Notes: a model not told the origin generated them from the letters alone. 64,000 nt of DNA from an uncultured bacterium (GCA_963749495.1 CAVVMW010000029.1:1-64000), one strand, 5' to 3'. Counted from the first letter of the stretch, positions 12,352-22,669 are shown. Translations and numbers: made by a program.

Positions 12352-12789
12352 TCAAGCGGGTTCGCCGGATTCGAGTTCGTGGACCATGCGCCAGATGCGA
12401 TCCATTTCGCCGCGCTCGATCACCTGGAGCGGGGTGGAGCCGTCGAAGGCGGGGTTGGGTTCTTTAAGCCAAGGGCCGATGGCCTCAGGCGAGACGAGTT
12501 CTTCGAGCGCCGCGAAGAGACGTTTGACCTCAATGAGGCGCCTGATGGTGGAGGAACTGGGCTTGGTGCCCTGCAACCAATTGGCGAGGGCGCGAAGCGA
12601 GAACCCGGTAATGCGAGTGAGGGTCTCCCGAGATATTCTGAACCGGGTAGCGAGATCTTTGACCGAGACACTGCTGGAGCCAGCCTCAGGCGCGAGTCCG
12701 AGAGCTCCCCTTCGGCCCTGGTTGGACAGTTTGCCCGAAAGCGGTCTGCTCACCGCCGGCCGGACGGGCGAGTCGAGTACTTTCTTCAT
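12352..12789 (-). CDS. HTH + Xre/MbcA/ParS toxin-binding domain antitoxin
   Basis: HTH (ISRETLTRITGFSLRALANWLQG) plus C-terminal WLKEPNPAFDGSTPLQVIERGE; adjacent to a RES gene. Confidence 0.88.
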   Translation of the reverse strand: MKKVLDSPVRPAVSRPLSGKLSNQGRRGALGLAPEAGSSSVSVKDLATRFRISRETLTRITGFSLRALANWLQGTKPSSSTIRRLIEVKRLFAALEELVSPEAIGPWLKEPNPAFDGSTPLQVIERGEMDRIWRMVHELESGEPA

Positions 12790-12812
12790 GGAAATACGCT
12801 GATGCGAATTGG

Positions 12813-12848
12813 GCATTTATGCAAGCACATATACGTGCATTTATGCAC
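12813..12848. promoter_or_regulatory. Putative antitoxin operator: GCATTTATGCA repeated at 24-bp spacing
   Basis: Exact 11-mer at 12813-12823 and 12837-12847. The second copy lies in the inverted repeat GTGCAT-TT-ATGCAC, just upstream of the HTH antitoxin ATG. Confidence 0.6.
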
Positions 12849-13408
12849 TATAGCTTCTTGAGCCAGCGGTTGAGGTCGTCTTCGCCGAGGACCTCGACCT
12901 TGCTCCTCGCGCCCAGGGACTCTGGAAAATAGACGAGGTTCATGGCGCCGGGGACACGGGCGGAGGGGACAAGGAGGCCTTCGGCGCCGAGGTCGTCGGC
13001 AGCGCGTCCGAAGGCTTGGCTTTGGGATTCGTGGCCCGCGTTGTTGACCTTCCGCCAATCTCCGGCGAGCAATTTGTCCAACTCCAGCCAGGGTTTGGTG
13101 CGAATGCCTTTGGGGACGACGAGGTCGAGGACGCTCGAGAGGTTGACGCGAACCGCGACGAGGACTCTCGGGCGAACGTCGCTGAAGGCGAAGTTGTAGT
13201 AGGTGAAGTTAGCGCTGCTTTCGGAAAGGGCAGTTTCCAGGGCGGTGGAGAGATTGTTGGCGGGGAATGTTCCGGCGGCGGACCAGCGGCCTCCGTGGGG
13301 GAAGCTCCCATTGCCGTCGAGGAGTTTGGCAGCGCGCGCGCACTCCAGCGGGGAAGCACGGAAGACGAGGCCCTTCCATTTGGTGAACGGGCGTTTGAGC
13401 CTCCTGAG
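12848..13408 (-). pseudogene. RES-domain toxin (NAD+ phosphorylase family) lacking its start codon
   Basis: Manual translation [55 protein letters not shown] retains R, E and S. No in-frame start upstream. Confidence 0.85.
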
Positions 13409-13530
13409 TCCGCCATGGCGCCGACCGTGTCTTCGATCGGCGTGTTGGGATCAACGCGATGCTGATAGCAAAGGTCGATGTGCTCCACCCCGAGCCGCCT
13501 GAGGCTCGCTTCGCAGGCCCGCTTCACAAA
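13409..13530 (-). pseudogene. Internal aldo/keto reductase fragment
   Basis: [40 protein letters not shown] is the AKR signature segment. Confidence 0.8.
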
Positions 13531-13755
13531 CAGTGTCTTCCAGTTCACGAACGGACTTTACCGCAGCGCCTGCCCCAGCGTCAAACCGCGGAGGCTGTCT
13601 TTGTTCTCCCGGATCGGGTATGCTTCGGGCCAGAGTATGAGACTGGAAATTGGCAGAGATGGTTGCTGCCGGGACGTGGCTGGGGTTTATTCGCATTACC
13701 ACAAGGTGGCGGAAACCATTCGGGCACTGCGAGCCATTGGTGAGGTTGTTTCGCA

Positions 13756-14001
13756 ATGAGACTTATCCCGGTCCAAGTTGAATGCTACGCCGGAGCCAAA
13801 GCCGACGAGACGCCGCGACGGTTCATTTGGGAAGGACGACCCGTCGAAGTGGGAGAAGTGCTCGACCGCTGGTATCAGGTCGAGAGCCAGCCCGAATGGC
13901 CCCGGGCGGACTACTTCAAAGTGCGCGGCACGGACGACCACGAGTATCTGCTGAAGCACGATTTGGAGTCCGATGAATGGTTCCTGGGAAAAGAGTGGTG
14001 A
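13756..14001 (+). CDS. Small conserved hypothetical protein (DUF6504-like)
   Basis: VECYAGAKADETPRRF...EVLDRWY...YFKVR. Its stop overlaps the next ATG and a decayed paralog lies at 22810-23056. Confidence 0.7.
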   Translation: MRLIPVQVECYAGAKADETPRRFIWEGRPVEVGEVLDRWYQVESQPEWPRADYFKVRGTDDHEYLLKHDLESDEWFLGKEW

Positions 14002-14960
14002 TGATGCGCAAGACACTCTTCATTTCAGCCGCTGCGGTGATTGCGGTATCTTCAAGCATGGGCTTTGAACCGCCAGGACCGCAGAAACGGCTCGAAGCTA
14101 TCGGGACGACCGATGGACTTCCTGCGGTGCTCCAGCGCGCCCTGGCTCCTGATGACAGTTTCCAGCCGGTTCCTGTTCCCGGCCCGAGCGACTGGCTGAC
14201 AGTGCATCGGGAGCCGGGCCAGACGTTCGCGGAATTCCGGCGCTCGCACCCTAACCGGCCCGACGCCCAGCGGCGGATCCTCTATCTGCAGCCCTTGGGG
14301 GCTTTCCCCGAGCAACAGAGCCCTTCACTTGAGAGGCTCCGTGAGTATGCGGCCGGGTTTTTTCAAATGGAAGTGAAGGCCCTCGCGCCTGTCACCATCA
14401 GCGCCGGCAGCTTCACCACACGAACCAACTCCATGACGGGCCGGCGGCAAATATTGACTGGGGATGTGCTGCGCTGGCTGAAAGGAAAACTGCCCGGAGA
14501 TGGTTTCTGTCTGCTGGCGATCACAATGGAGGACCTCTATCCAGAAGCGTCCTGGAATTTCGTCTTTGGCCAGGCGTTGCTGAACGAGCGCGTAGGGGCT
14601 TACAGCTTTGCCCGCTACGACCCGGCCTTTTACGGGGAGCCGCGGGGGAAGGATTACCCGGCGCTGCTCTTGCAGCGGAGCATGAAGGTGCTCACCCACG
14701 AGACAGGGCACATGTTCGGCCTGGCCCACTGCGTCCACTTCCATTGCGTGATGAACGGCTCCAATCACCTGCAGGAAAGCGACCGCCGCCCGCTACACCT
14801 TTGTCCGGTGTGCCTGCGGAAGCTCCAGTTCGGCGTAGGCTTCGATGTGGTGAAGCGTTATGAGGCACTGGCGCAATTTGAGCGACAGGCGGGGCTTGAA
14901 GACGAAGCCGCATGGGTCAACCGGCGCCTGGAGAAAATCCGCCATAGTGCGGGGAACTGA
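14001..14960 (+). CDS. Archaemetzincin (peptidase M54) Zn metalloprotease
   Basis: HETGHMFGLAHC...CVMNGSN...LCPVC and DLYP..WNFVFGQA motifs; N-terminal signal-like segment. Confidence 0.92.
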   Translation: MMRKTLFISAAAVIAVSSSMGFEPPGPQKRLEAIGTTDGLPAVLQRALAPDDSFQPVPVPGPSDWLTVHREPGQTFAEFRRSHPNRPDAQRRILYLQPLGAFPEQQSPSLERLREYAAGFFQMEVKALAPVTISAGSFTTRTNSMTGRRQILTGDVLRWLKGKLPGDGFCLLAITMEDLYPEASWNFVFGQALLNERVGAYSFARYDPAFYGEPRGKDYPALLLQRSMKVLTHETGHMFGLAHCVHFHCVMNGSNHLQESDRRPLHLCPVCLRKLQFGVGFDVVKRYEALAQFERQAGLEDEAAWVNRRLEKIRHSAGN

Positions 14961-15018
14961 CCGGTTCTTCGCGATGGCCCCCATTCACGAACTGCTGAAC
15001 CTCATCCGTGAAATACCT

Positions 15019-15267
15019 ATGGCCGGCAAACCTCTTGTCAGCGGCAATCCTGCGGGCGTGATCAAACTCCCCGAGCCACGCCAGGACAGCAGAACATCAG
15101 TGGAATGGGCCTTGCGCCGACAACGGTCCGTCCGGGAGTTCGGGAAGGCAGGACTGACGCTGGCAGAGATTTCCCAACTCGATGATGCCGAGGTCAAGCG
15201 GGTATTGACACTTGCCGTGAACGAGGAACCCATGTGCCTGATGCCGGTCGGCAAGCCTGGCTCGTAG
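15019..15267 (+). pseudogene. SagB/ThcOx-type nitroreductase with its central part deleted
   Basis: N-terminal IKLPEP...ALRRQRSVREF...LTLAEISQL is joined directly to C-terminal DDAEVKRVL...EEPMCLMPVGKP. Confidence 0.7.
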
Positions 15268-15394
15268 CTCCAGCCCGGCGCGCGCAACCTCCTCGCGCCG
15301 ACCATGCCGAGGCGGGCGGTCTTGCCGCCTTCCTGCTCGCCACGACTAACGCCAAGGCGCTCAAGAAACCGAGTTGACGCTGCGGAGGCATCGC

Positions 15395-15608
15395 TCACCG
15401 AGCGGCGGGCTCGCGCGCATTCAGCCGCCATAAACCGGCCTCCTCTGCGCAGGCCAGGGCCTGCCGGAACTCGGGGCGAGAGATGCGCCGGCTGATTTCA
15501 GAGAATTGGGGCTCCGTCTGGGCTTTGTGCGCGGGATGGTACTGATCCATCAGATTCACATAAGTATCGGGCGACAGCTCGGTCGCCAGCCAATGGAGGA
15601 CAGAACGG
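15395..15608 (-). pseudogene. C-terminal remnant of a PflX-like radical SAM protein
   Basis: WLATELSPDTYVNLMDQYHPAHKA...ISRRIS..EF..A...A...GL. Confidence 0.7.
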
Positions 15609-16660
15609 ATGTTGCACGCAATCACCACGCTCGAATTAAAGGACTGGGCCGTCGCCAGGGGCTGGAGCGCGAAAACAAAGAAGGACGCGCTTGGATTGGT
15701 TCGCCTACTTTACGCTGACGCCCTGGAGCGGAATCAGGCAACGGAAAACCCGGTGAAAATAGAACGGGTTAACAGTAAGAAGGGACAGGGGAAGGAGGAC
15801 ATACAGATTTTCCGGCCCGACGAGGTCCAGCGGATTTTGGATGCGGTTGAAGACCGGCTCAAACCGTTTTTTGCTCTGACGTTTTTCTCTGGCTTGCGCG
15901 AGGAGGAAGCCAGCAGATTGTCGGTCGTACAGGTGCGTGAAGGGTTGCAGTCAGGCGGAATTCTCTTGCCGGCCTCCATGGCGAAGACCAACCGAAGCCG
16001 CACCGTGTCAATTTGCGCCAATCTGCGGGCGTGGCTCACTGGGTACTTACCACTGGACGGCCCACTGTTGCCGGCGGCATGGCAAGCTATGGAGCGGTTG
16101 GACGAACTGCCAAACTACGCGTCACGCAAGTCTGGCGTGCCGTGGCTTCGCAATGGGCCAAGGCATTCTTTCGGGACTTATTTTCTGCGGCTGAGCGGCG
16201 ACCCGGGTAAAATGACGGCGGAGATGGGCAAATCGCTTGCTCAATTGGACCGGCACTACCACAGCCACGCGAAGGCCGTCACACGAGAGGTCGCCGAGCG
16301 GTACTTTGCCATCGTGCCGAAACCGGAGAAGAAGCGCAAAGAGAAGATGTTCGTCGATTTCCACAAGGGATACGCGGCGGCCAAGACGGTCTCTGGGGAT
16401 GTGAATAACGGCAACTCGAACTGTCTGAACATGCTCACCCAGGATCACGTGGCCTTCGCTCATGCCATGCAGGCGCTGGAACCGACCGGGGTGGCGCTGG
16501 ATCTCGCTGCCAAGGAGTACGCCGCCGCTTGGGCCTTGCTGCGGGGCGCCGGCTCGCTCGTGCAGGCGGCGCGGGAATATGCCAAGCGCGACCTGCATCG
16601 GCTACCCACGAAGCTGGTGCCGGAGGCCGTTCAGGCGATACTGTCGGGGTATTTGCGCGC
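15609..16660 (+). mobile_element. Tyrosine recombinase/integrase remnant, truncated at both ends
   Basis: Catalytic motifs GLREEE, AKTNRSRTV, PRHSFGTY and LDRHY, followed in frame by an integrase-N-terminal-like helical segment. Confidence 0.8.
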
Positions 16661-16663
16661 CCT

Positions 16664-17522
16664 TCACCGGAGTCGCCGGAACAGAAACTCGGTCTGGACT
16701 CCGACGGGCTTGCCATTCATTTCCATCACAGGATAGGCCAGGAGATTGATGGCGCCGGAAGCCGGCTCGGGAGCGACGACCAGGTCGCGGCCTTTGCTCA
16801 GCTCAAACCGGTTTGCCGGGTGGTGGCCAAAATAGTAATCGGCCAAGCTCGAATTCTTGTTGGCTTCGCTGATGTCCACCGGCACCCATTTTCCGTCAGC
16901 GAAGAACTCCGCCCAACAGTGGTATCCGTCAATGCCGCCGTCATTCCGCTCCGACGGGATGGCGGCACCGATCGCGAATCGAGCGGGAATGCCGATCGCG
17001 CGAGCCAGCGCGATGAAATAGGCGTGAAAATCCGAGCAATTGCCGCTTCGAGCGTCGCAGGCGTACACCGCATCACCGCGGCCCCAGCCTGGACCGTACT
17101 TGGCATAGCGCACCTTTTCGATCGCGTGGTCATAAAGCGCCCTGGCACGAGCGAGGTCAGTCGTTTTGCCCCTGGTGACTTGCTCGGCAATCGCGCGGAA
17201 GGTTTCGTTGGCGGGCACCAACATCTCGGGTTCGAGGTATCTTTCCGGCGTTGGCTCCCGAACGGCGTAAGCGGACTTCTCGAAACGCTTGACGTGGTAG
17301 CGGATCTCAATCGCCTTGCCGGAATCAGCCGACGAGGCATTTAGAAACAGAACTTTGTTCCCGTGCTCCCGCTCCTCCAGCTCGCGCCACGGCCCCGGCG
17401 CGGTGATGCCCATGACTTCAACCCGCTGAAAAGCATCCGACCTGGCCAATGGCAGCCAGGGCCGAGACAAAACATAGGACCAGCAGCCAGCGGAACTGTT
17501 TGAGGATTCTTTGGTTCTTCAT
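16664..17522 (-). pseudogene. Transglutaminase-like domain protein; signal peptide out of frame near 17460
   Basis: Cys-His-Asp motifs GNCSDFHAYFIALARAIGIPARF and HCWAEFF..GKWVPVD. Upstream MKNQRILKQFRWLLVLCFVSALAA lies in another frame. Confidence 0.82.
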
Positions 17523-17802
17523 GTCATTTTTCTATTAAACTGACTCAACAGCCAACTAACAGCGCACAAGACGCGACTCATCATCAGTCGGTGTATCGCT
17601 CTTGTCAAACGGCAGAGCCAACCGGGCCGCGCAGCCCGCAACGCCGGATTTTGAGCGGATGGGTTGCGCAGGTGGAATTCCAGGCCCGGGGCGGAAAGCG
17701 TTTCTGCCCGTGTGTGGCCGCCCACTTGGACCCCAAGGCGTAATTCTGGGGAGCGTGCGTTGAGTCGTGGGTTTTCGGACAGTACTGGCGGCGAGGGAGC
17801 GC

Positions 17803-17831
17803 TTGACAAGGGGGTCGCGGAGCAATATTCT
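17803..17831 (+). promoter_or_regulatory. Sigma70-type promoter TTGACA-N17-TATTCT
   Basis: Perfect -35 at 17803-17808, 17-nt spacer, and TATTCT at 17826-17831, upstream of the rhodanese/ArsS cluster. Confidence 0.6.
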
Positions 17832-17848
17832 AGTATTCACTTGACGAG

Positions 17849-18118
17849 GGCGCCATCAACATCCCGATCAAGGAGCTGGAGCGGCGGCTGGCGGAGGTGG
17901 GGCGCAGCCGTGAGGTCGTGGCGTACTGCCGGGGGCCGTATTGTGTCATGGCTTACGAGGCGGTCGCTCGGCTACGGAATCTGGGATTTAAGGTCCGGCG
18001 GCTGGTGGACGGTTACCCGGAATGGCGGCTGGCCGGGCTGCCCGTCGCAACGGGGCTGCCAGAGCCAAGAGGCCGCCTGGCGCCGCCGGCCAGCGGCAAA
18101 GCGGCGACAGCCAAATGA
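17849..18118 (+). pseudogene. Rhodanese half of an ArsR-rhodanese regulator (HTH part missing)
   Basis: GAINIPIKELERRL..EVVAYCRGPYCVMAYEAV..RRLVDGYPEWRLAGLPV; no start codon. Confidence 0.75.
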
Positions 18119-18119
18119 A

Positions 18120-18260
18120 TTGGACGGCTCAATCTTCCAATGGGCAAACGAAGACCGGCTGCTGGAGCGCGATAGGCCGCCGGTCAAAGGGGTGCATCCC
18201 GACAGCAGGACTTTTGGCCAGCTCTTGCGCCCCGAACACCGCGCCACGTCAGGCCCGTGA
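18120..18260 (+). pseudogene. C-terminal remnant of a second rhodanese-like protein
   Basis: LDGSIFQWANEDR...VHPDSRTFGQLL resembles the rhodanese C-terminal LxGSIFxWAN motif. Confidence 0.55.
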
Positions 18261-18311
18261 AGGAGTAACGGTATGGCCGATCTCATTACGGAATTAAGCC
18301 GGATCAAGACC

Positions 18312-18587
18312 GCCTCTTCGCTGTTCTCTTTCTGGGATCGGCTGTTCGGCACTCTGCGATTGCGCGAAGACCCGCGCACGTTGCAGTACGGTCTGGAGGA
18401 ATTCGATCCACCCAAACATCAGACGTTCGCCAGCCTGCTGATCACGCCATTCCGGGAGTTGGCGAAGACCCGGCCGCCTCAAGTCATTCCCCGCGTGAAC
18501 GAGAACTGCCCTGAGGCAACCAGGCTCGACGCCCATGAACGCGGCAAGCTCCACGGGGCGAGTGAGGGCCAGATGCTCAGACCATGA
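18312..18587 (+). pseudogene. C-terminal remnant of a sterol desaturase/fatty acid hydroxylase family protein
   Basis: SSLFSFWDRLFGT...YGL...LLITPF. Confidence 0.6.
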
Positions 18588-19624
18588 ACACAGTGGAACC
18601 TTGTCACCTGCCACCTGCCGTCCAGGAGGGTGGCGCCCGCCGCACTCAGGGACTGAACCCATTCGAGGAGAAGCTCGTGGCGCATGGCCGGGAGTTGAAA
18701 CGGACTGCCCTGCAGACGCTCCAAATCAACGTAGGTCGCAAATGCAATCAGGCCTGCCGCCATTGCCACGTGGACGCCGGGCCGTGGCGAACCGAGATGA
18801 TGAGCGCCGAGACCGCGCGGCGCGTGGGCGAATGGGTTCAGAGCCATCGGCCTGCCGTTGTGGACATCACCGGTGGAGCGCCGGAATTGAGCGAGCATTT
18901 CCGCTTCTTGGTCGAAACCGCCCGTGGCAACGGGTGTCGCGTGATTGACCGCAGCAATCTTACAATCATCGAAACGGAGGCCTTCGCCTGGCTGCCGGAT
19001 TACCTTGCGGCCCACGAGGTGGAAGTAGTCGCATCGCTGCCGTGCTACTCGGAAGAGAACGTCAACGCCCAGCGCGGTGACGGTGTGTTCGAGAAGAGCC
19101 TCCGCGCGTTGAAGAAACTCAATGCCGCGGGCTACGGCACACGCCTGCCGCTCAACCTGGTTTACAATCCGCTCGGTCCAAAGCTACCGCCGCCGCAACC
19201 CGAGTTGGAAGCGGACTACAAGGCGGAACTGCGTCATCGCTACGGCATCCAATTCACGCGGCTTTACACCCTGACCAACCAGCCTATCGCCCGGTTCGCC
19301 GAGGATTTGCGGCGCCAGAGCGCGTGGGATGATTATCTGAGACTGCTGGCAAACAGCTTCAATCCCGACACCGTCGATGAGCTGATGTGCCGCACCACCT
19401 TGAGCGTCGGCTGGCGCGGCGAGATTTGCGACTGCGATTTCAACCAGATGTTGGGAATGCAGATGCACAACGGCAAGCCCCTTTATTTGTGGGACGTGAC
19501 GCCGGGACTGCTCGAGGGCTGGGCCATCCAGACCGGCGTGCATTGCCTGGCCTGCACCGCCGGCTGCGGCAGCAGTTGCACGGGAGCACTCCGCCCGGCG
19601 GCTGACCCGGAGGCCCTTCCATGA
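18584..19624 (+). CDS. arsS: Arsenosugar biosynthesis radical SAM protein ArsS
   Basis: TLQINVGRKCNQACRHCHVDAGP, DITGGAPEL, LNLVYNP, LMCR..SVGW..DCDFNQM and C-terminal HCLACTAGCGSSC. Confidence 0.88.
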   Translation: MNTVEPCHLPPAVQEGGARRTQGLNPFEEKLVAHGRELKRTALQTLQINVGRKCNQACRHCHVDAGPWRTEMMSAETARRVGEWVQSHRPAVVDITGGAPELSEHFRFLVETARGNGCRVIDRSNLTIIETEAFAWLPDYLAAHEVEVVASLPCYSEENVNAQRGDGVFEKSLRALKKLNAAGYGTRLPLNLVYNPLGPKLPPPQPELEADYKAELRHRYGIQFTRLYTLTNQPIARFAEDLRRQSAWDDYLRLLANSFNPDTVDELMCRTTLSVGWRGEICDCDFNQMLGMQMHNGKPLYLWDVTPGLLEGWAIQTGVHCLACTAGCGSSCTGALRPAADPEALP

Positions 19625-19675
19625 GACCCCTGGAAACCAACAAGCTGGACGAACACCAGCCGAGGGGCTCGCAAC

Positions 19676-21109
19676 GTGGCGACCGGGGAAATCCTGGTGC
19701 TATTCAGCCGGTATCCGCAGGCAGGCCGCACGAAAACGCGACTGGCGCGTTTGCTGGGCCCGGACGGCGCGGCGAAGCTTCAACGGCGCCTGACCGAACG
19801 GGTAGTCGCGCAAATCGCGCCTTGGCTCTCCAGGCGCGGGGCGCGGTGCGAAATCCGGTTCGACGGCGGCAGTGCGGAACAAATGGGCGCTTGGCTTGGT
19901 GGAGGCTTTTCGTACCGAGCGCAGGGCGGCGGTGATCTAGGCGTTCGGATGCAACGGGCCTTCGCGGATCATTTTGCCGCTGGCGCCACCGCCGTGGCGA
20001 TCATCGGCGCCGACTGCCCCGGACTCGACGCCGACATTCTGGATCAGGCCTTCGCAGCGTTGGCTCAGCAAACGGTCGTCTTCGGTCCCGCCCAGGACGG
20101 CGGCTATTACCTTGTCGGCTTGCGCCAGCCCCTGCCCGACCTTTTTCAGGATGTCCCGTGGGGGACGGGCGCAGTTCTGCAACGTTCTCTCAAGAAGGTT
20201 CGCCGGCGCGGTTTGCCGCCGACCCTGCTGCCTTGGTTGAGAGACGTGGACCGCCCTCGGGATTTGCCCTCTTGGGCACGAGCCGCCGGGCCTGGCCGGA
20301 CCATTTCGGTCATCATCCCCACCCTGAACGAGGAAGCCGAAATCGCCGCGACGCTGTCCCACGTTGTTCAAGGGTGTCCGGATGAAGTCATCGTTGCCGA
20401 TGGGGGCAGCGCCGACGACACCTGCGCGCTGGCCCGCGGCTTCGGGGTCAAGGTGATTACCGTACCCCGCGGCCGCTCCCGGCAGTTGAACGCCGGGGCC
20501 GAGGAAGCGCGAAGCAACCTTCTCCTTTTTCTGCACGCGGACACATGGGTCCCGAACGGCTACTCTGGCCTGATCGCGCAATGCCTCGACCAACCCGACG
20601 TTGCTGGCGGCACTTTTTCCTTTGCGCTCCGTGAGCCCTTTGCCGGGCGTGGCGTGGTGGAAACGCTGGTCAACCTGCGCTGCCGCTGGCTCCACTCTCC
20701 GTATGGAGACCAGGGCCTGTTCCTGCGCCGTGAACTGTTTGAAACGTTGGGTGGGTTCCCTGGTTGGCCAATCCTCGAAGACGTTGAAATGGTGCGCCAG
20801 CTCCGCCGTAGCGGGAAAGTCGTCACTTTGTCCGCGCGCATCTCTACTTCCGGCCGGCGCTGGCAGCGGCTGGGTGTTTGGCGCACGCTGCTGATCAACC
20901 GAACCATTATGGCCGGGTCCCTCTGCCGGGTTCCCGCCGAGCGTCTGGCCCGGCTCTACAACCCGTCGGCCATCGGACCGCGCCGCGACTTGCACGGGTC
21001 CCAGCCGGGTTCGGCGTTTGATAGCCCGGCGCGCGACATTGTGCGCGGCCCCCTGGCCGCGCCGATGAAAGAAGCCAACAAGGATCATCCACCGCAACGA
21101 CACCGTTGA
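19676..21109 (+). CDS. Fused DUF2064/TIGR04282-like and GT2 TIGR04283-like glycosyltransferase
   Basis: N-half GRTKTRLA, QGGGDLGVRM, IIGADCP, GPAQDGGYYLVG, DVDRPRDL; C-half ISVIIPTLNE, DGGSAD, FLHADT, YGDQGLF, EDVE, TSGRRW. Confidence 0.9.
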   Translation: MATGEILVLFSRYPQAGRTKTRLARLLGPDGAAKLQRRLTERVVAQIAPWLSRRGARCEIRFDGGSAEQMGAWLGGGFSYRAQGGGDLGVRMQRAFADHFAAGATAVAIIGADCPGLDADILDQAFAALAQQTVVFGPAQDGGYYLVGLRQPLPDLFQDVPWGTGAVLQRSLKKVRRRGLPPTLLPWLRDVDRPRDLPSWARAAGPGRTISVIIPTLNEEAEIAATLSHVVQGCPDEVIVADGGSADDTCALARGFGVKVITVPRGRSRQLNAGAEEARSNLLLFLHADTWVPNGYSGLIAQCLDQPDVAGGTFSFALREPFAGRGVVETLVNLRCRWLHSPYGDQGLFLRRELFETLGGFPGWPILEDVEMVRQLRRSGKVVTLSARISTSGRRWQRLGVWRTLLINRTIMAGSLCRVPAERLARLYNPSAIGPRRDLHGSQPGSAFDSPARDIVRGPLAAPMKEANKDHPPQRHR

Positions 21110-21167
21110 TGCGTTCGAGGCAAAGCGAATCGGCTGGTGCGCCGGCTCGCCGAACAGAAGGCTTGCT

Positions 21168-21746
21168 ATGAAACTGCGTGAAAGCGGGATGCCGGAAGAA
21201 GCGTATTGGGAAACGCTCTTTGATGTGCCGCTGATCCTGGACCGGTTGGGAATTGACGCCCGGCTGAGGAACGTGATGGAGCTGGGCTGCGGTTACGGGA
21301 CGTTCACGATTCCGGTGGCGCGGCGGATTTCCGGCACGGTGACGACGTTCGATATTGACGAGGTGATGATCGAGCGCACGCGGCAGCGGGCGGCGGCGGG
21401 GGGAGTGTGGAACGTGTTGTATAAGGTGGGCGATGTGTCTGCGGATGGCTTTGGCGGCAAGGCGGGCAGCAAGGACGCGTGCCTGTTGTTCAATATTCTG
21501 CATGGTGAGGGGCCGGTGCGTTTGCTGGCTGAGGCGGCGCGTGTGGTGCGTCCAGGGGGCGCGGTGGTGGTGATTCATTGGCGTTACGACCCGGCGACGC
21601 CGCGGGGGCCAGGCATGACGATCCGGCCGAGGCCGGAGCTGATTGTGGGGTGGGCTAAGGAAACAGGGTCGCTTGTGGCCGACGGCCCGGTGATTGATTT
21701 GCCGCCCTGGCACTATGGTTTGCGGCTGCGGCGCGGGGCAACCTGA
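21168..21746 (+). CDS. Class I SAM-dependent methyltransferase
   Basis: VMELGCGYGTFT motif I, FDID, VRPGG. Confidence 0.85.
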   Translation: MKLRESGMPEEAYWETLFDVPLILDRLGIDARLRNVMELGCGYGTFTIPVARRISGTVTTFDIDEVMIERTRQRAAAGGVWNVLYKVGDVSADGFGGKAGSKDACLLFNILHGEGPVRLLAEAARVVRPGGAVVVIHWRYDPATPRGPGMTIRPRPELIVGWAKETGSLVADGPVIDLPPWHYGLRLRRGAT

Positions 21747-21775
21747 GCGGCGGGGCTTGATGCGGGAGAACAAAG

Positions 21776-21975
21776 ATGCGTTTACCTCCTTTATTGAAAA
21801 GCAAGTTCTATAAGCGGGCGGCAGTGTTCACGCCGGAGAATCTGCTGCGCGAGGCGCGAAGGCAAAAGCGAATTGCCAAGCGGAAGGTGCCGGAGATTTG
21901 TGTGCTGGACCCGGATGGTGACCTGGTGAGGCATCTGCGCAGGCTCGGGGCGGCGGAGATGAGCGCGGCCTGGGC
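21776..21975 (+). pseudogene. N-terminal remnant of a nucleoside phosphorylase-like protein
   Basis: VFTPENLLREARRQK...VPEICVLDPDGDLVRHL, then loss of coding character. Confidence 0.5.
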
Positions 21976-22369
21976 TCAGGACGGTCTGCATAGCCACCCT
22001 ATACGGGCAGGTGCAAAGGCCCTGGGTATTCCGCCATCGCACGGCACAAAAAAGCAGCCCGTCAGGCAAATCGAGATCTGGTTGGAATCCGCTTTCCCGC
22101 CACCTTCCCGAGGGTTAATTGTCCCGCATGAAACGAAAACGAGACAAGAACCGAAAAGGCCCTGCGGTGATTTCCGGGCACCTCCGAGTCGAGCCCGCTT
22201 GGGGGCCTGCCGTACGGCGCAACCAGCTCAAGGTTGATTGGGACAAAGTGCGCTTCCTCTCTCCGCCCGTCAATCCGGCACAAACTGCCGGCAGCCCAAA
22301 AGGGGCGCCTCCTGTGCGTGGGACTCGAACCGCCGTGAAACCGAAGATCCGAACGCCGCCCTCCCCGCT

Positions 22370-22660
22370 ATGAAAAAACCCCGGACGAGATTTCCGAGCT
22401 CGCTGCGGCGTCCTCTGCCGAGCGCGAGGATCGAAGCCCTGCTACGTGTGGCCGAAGGGAAATGGCACGGAATCATTTTGATGGGCCTGCGGGCTGGCCA
22501 GCGGCTCAACGACATTGGCTTTATGCGGCATCGGAGGCGTCGCGCTGCCGCCGGTGCCAAGTGCGTTGCGAGTCCCTATACACCTCCCGCACCCGGTGAA
22601 AAGCCACGCGGTGTGTCCGGCCATCTGCATCCATGATCTGAAACGTTCGTGGGCTCTCCG
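22370..22660 (+). pseudogene. Decayed tyrosine recombinase fragment
   Basis: IEALLRVAEGKWHGIILMGLRAGQRLNDI (box I R), and HDLKRSWA (box II-like) in another frame. Confidence 0.55.
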
Positions 22661-22669
22661 GCGGAAAGG

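Noticed and set aside
18584..19624. Selenocysteine in ArsS
   Set aside because: No in-frame TGA; all motif positions are Cys.
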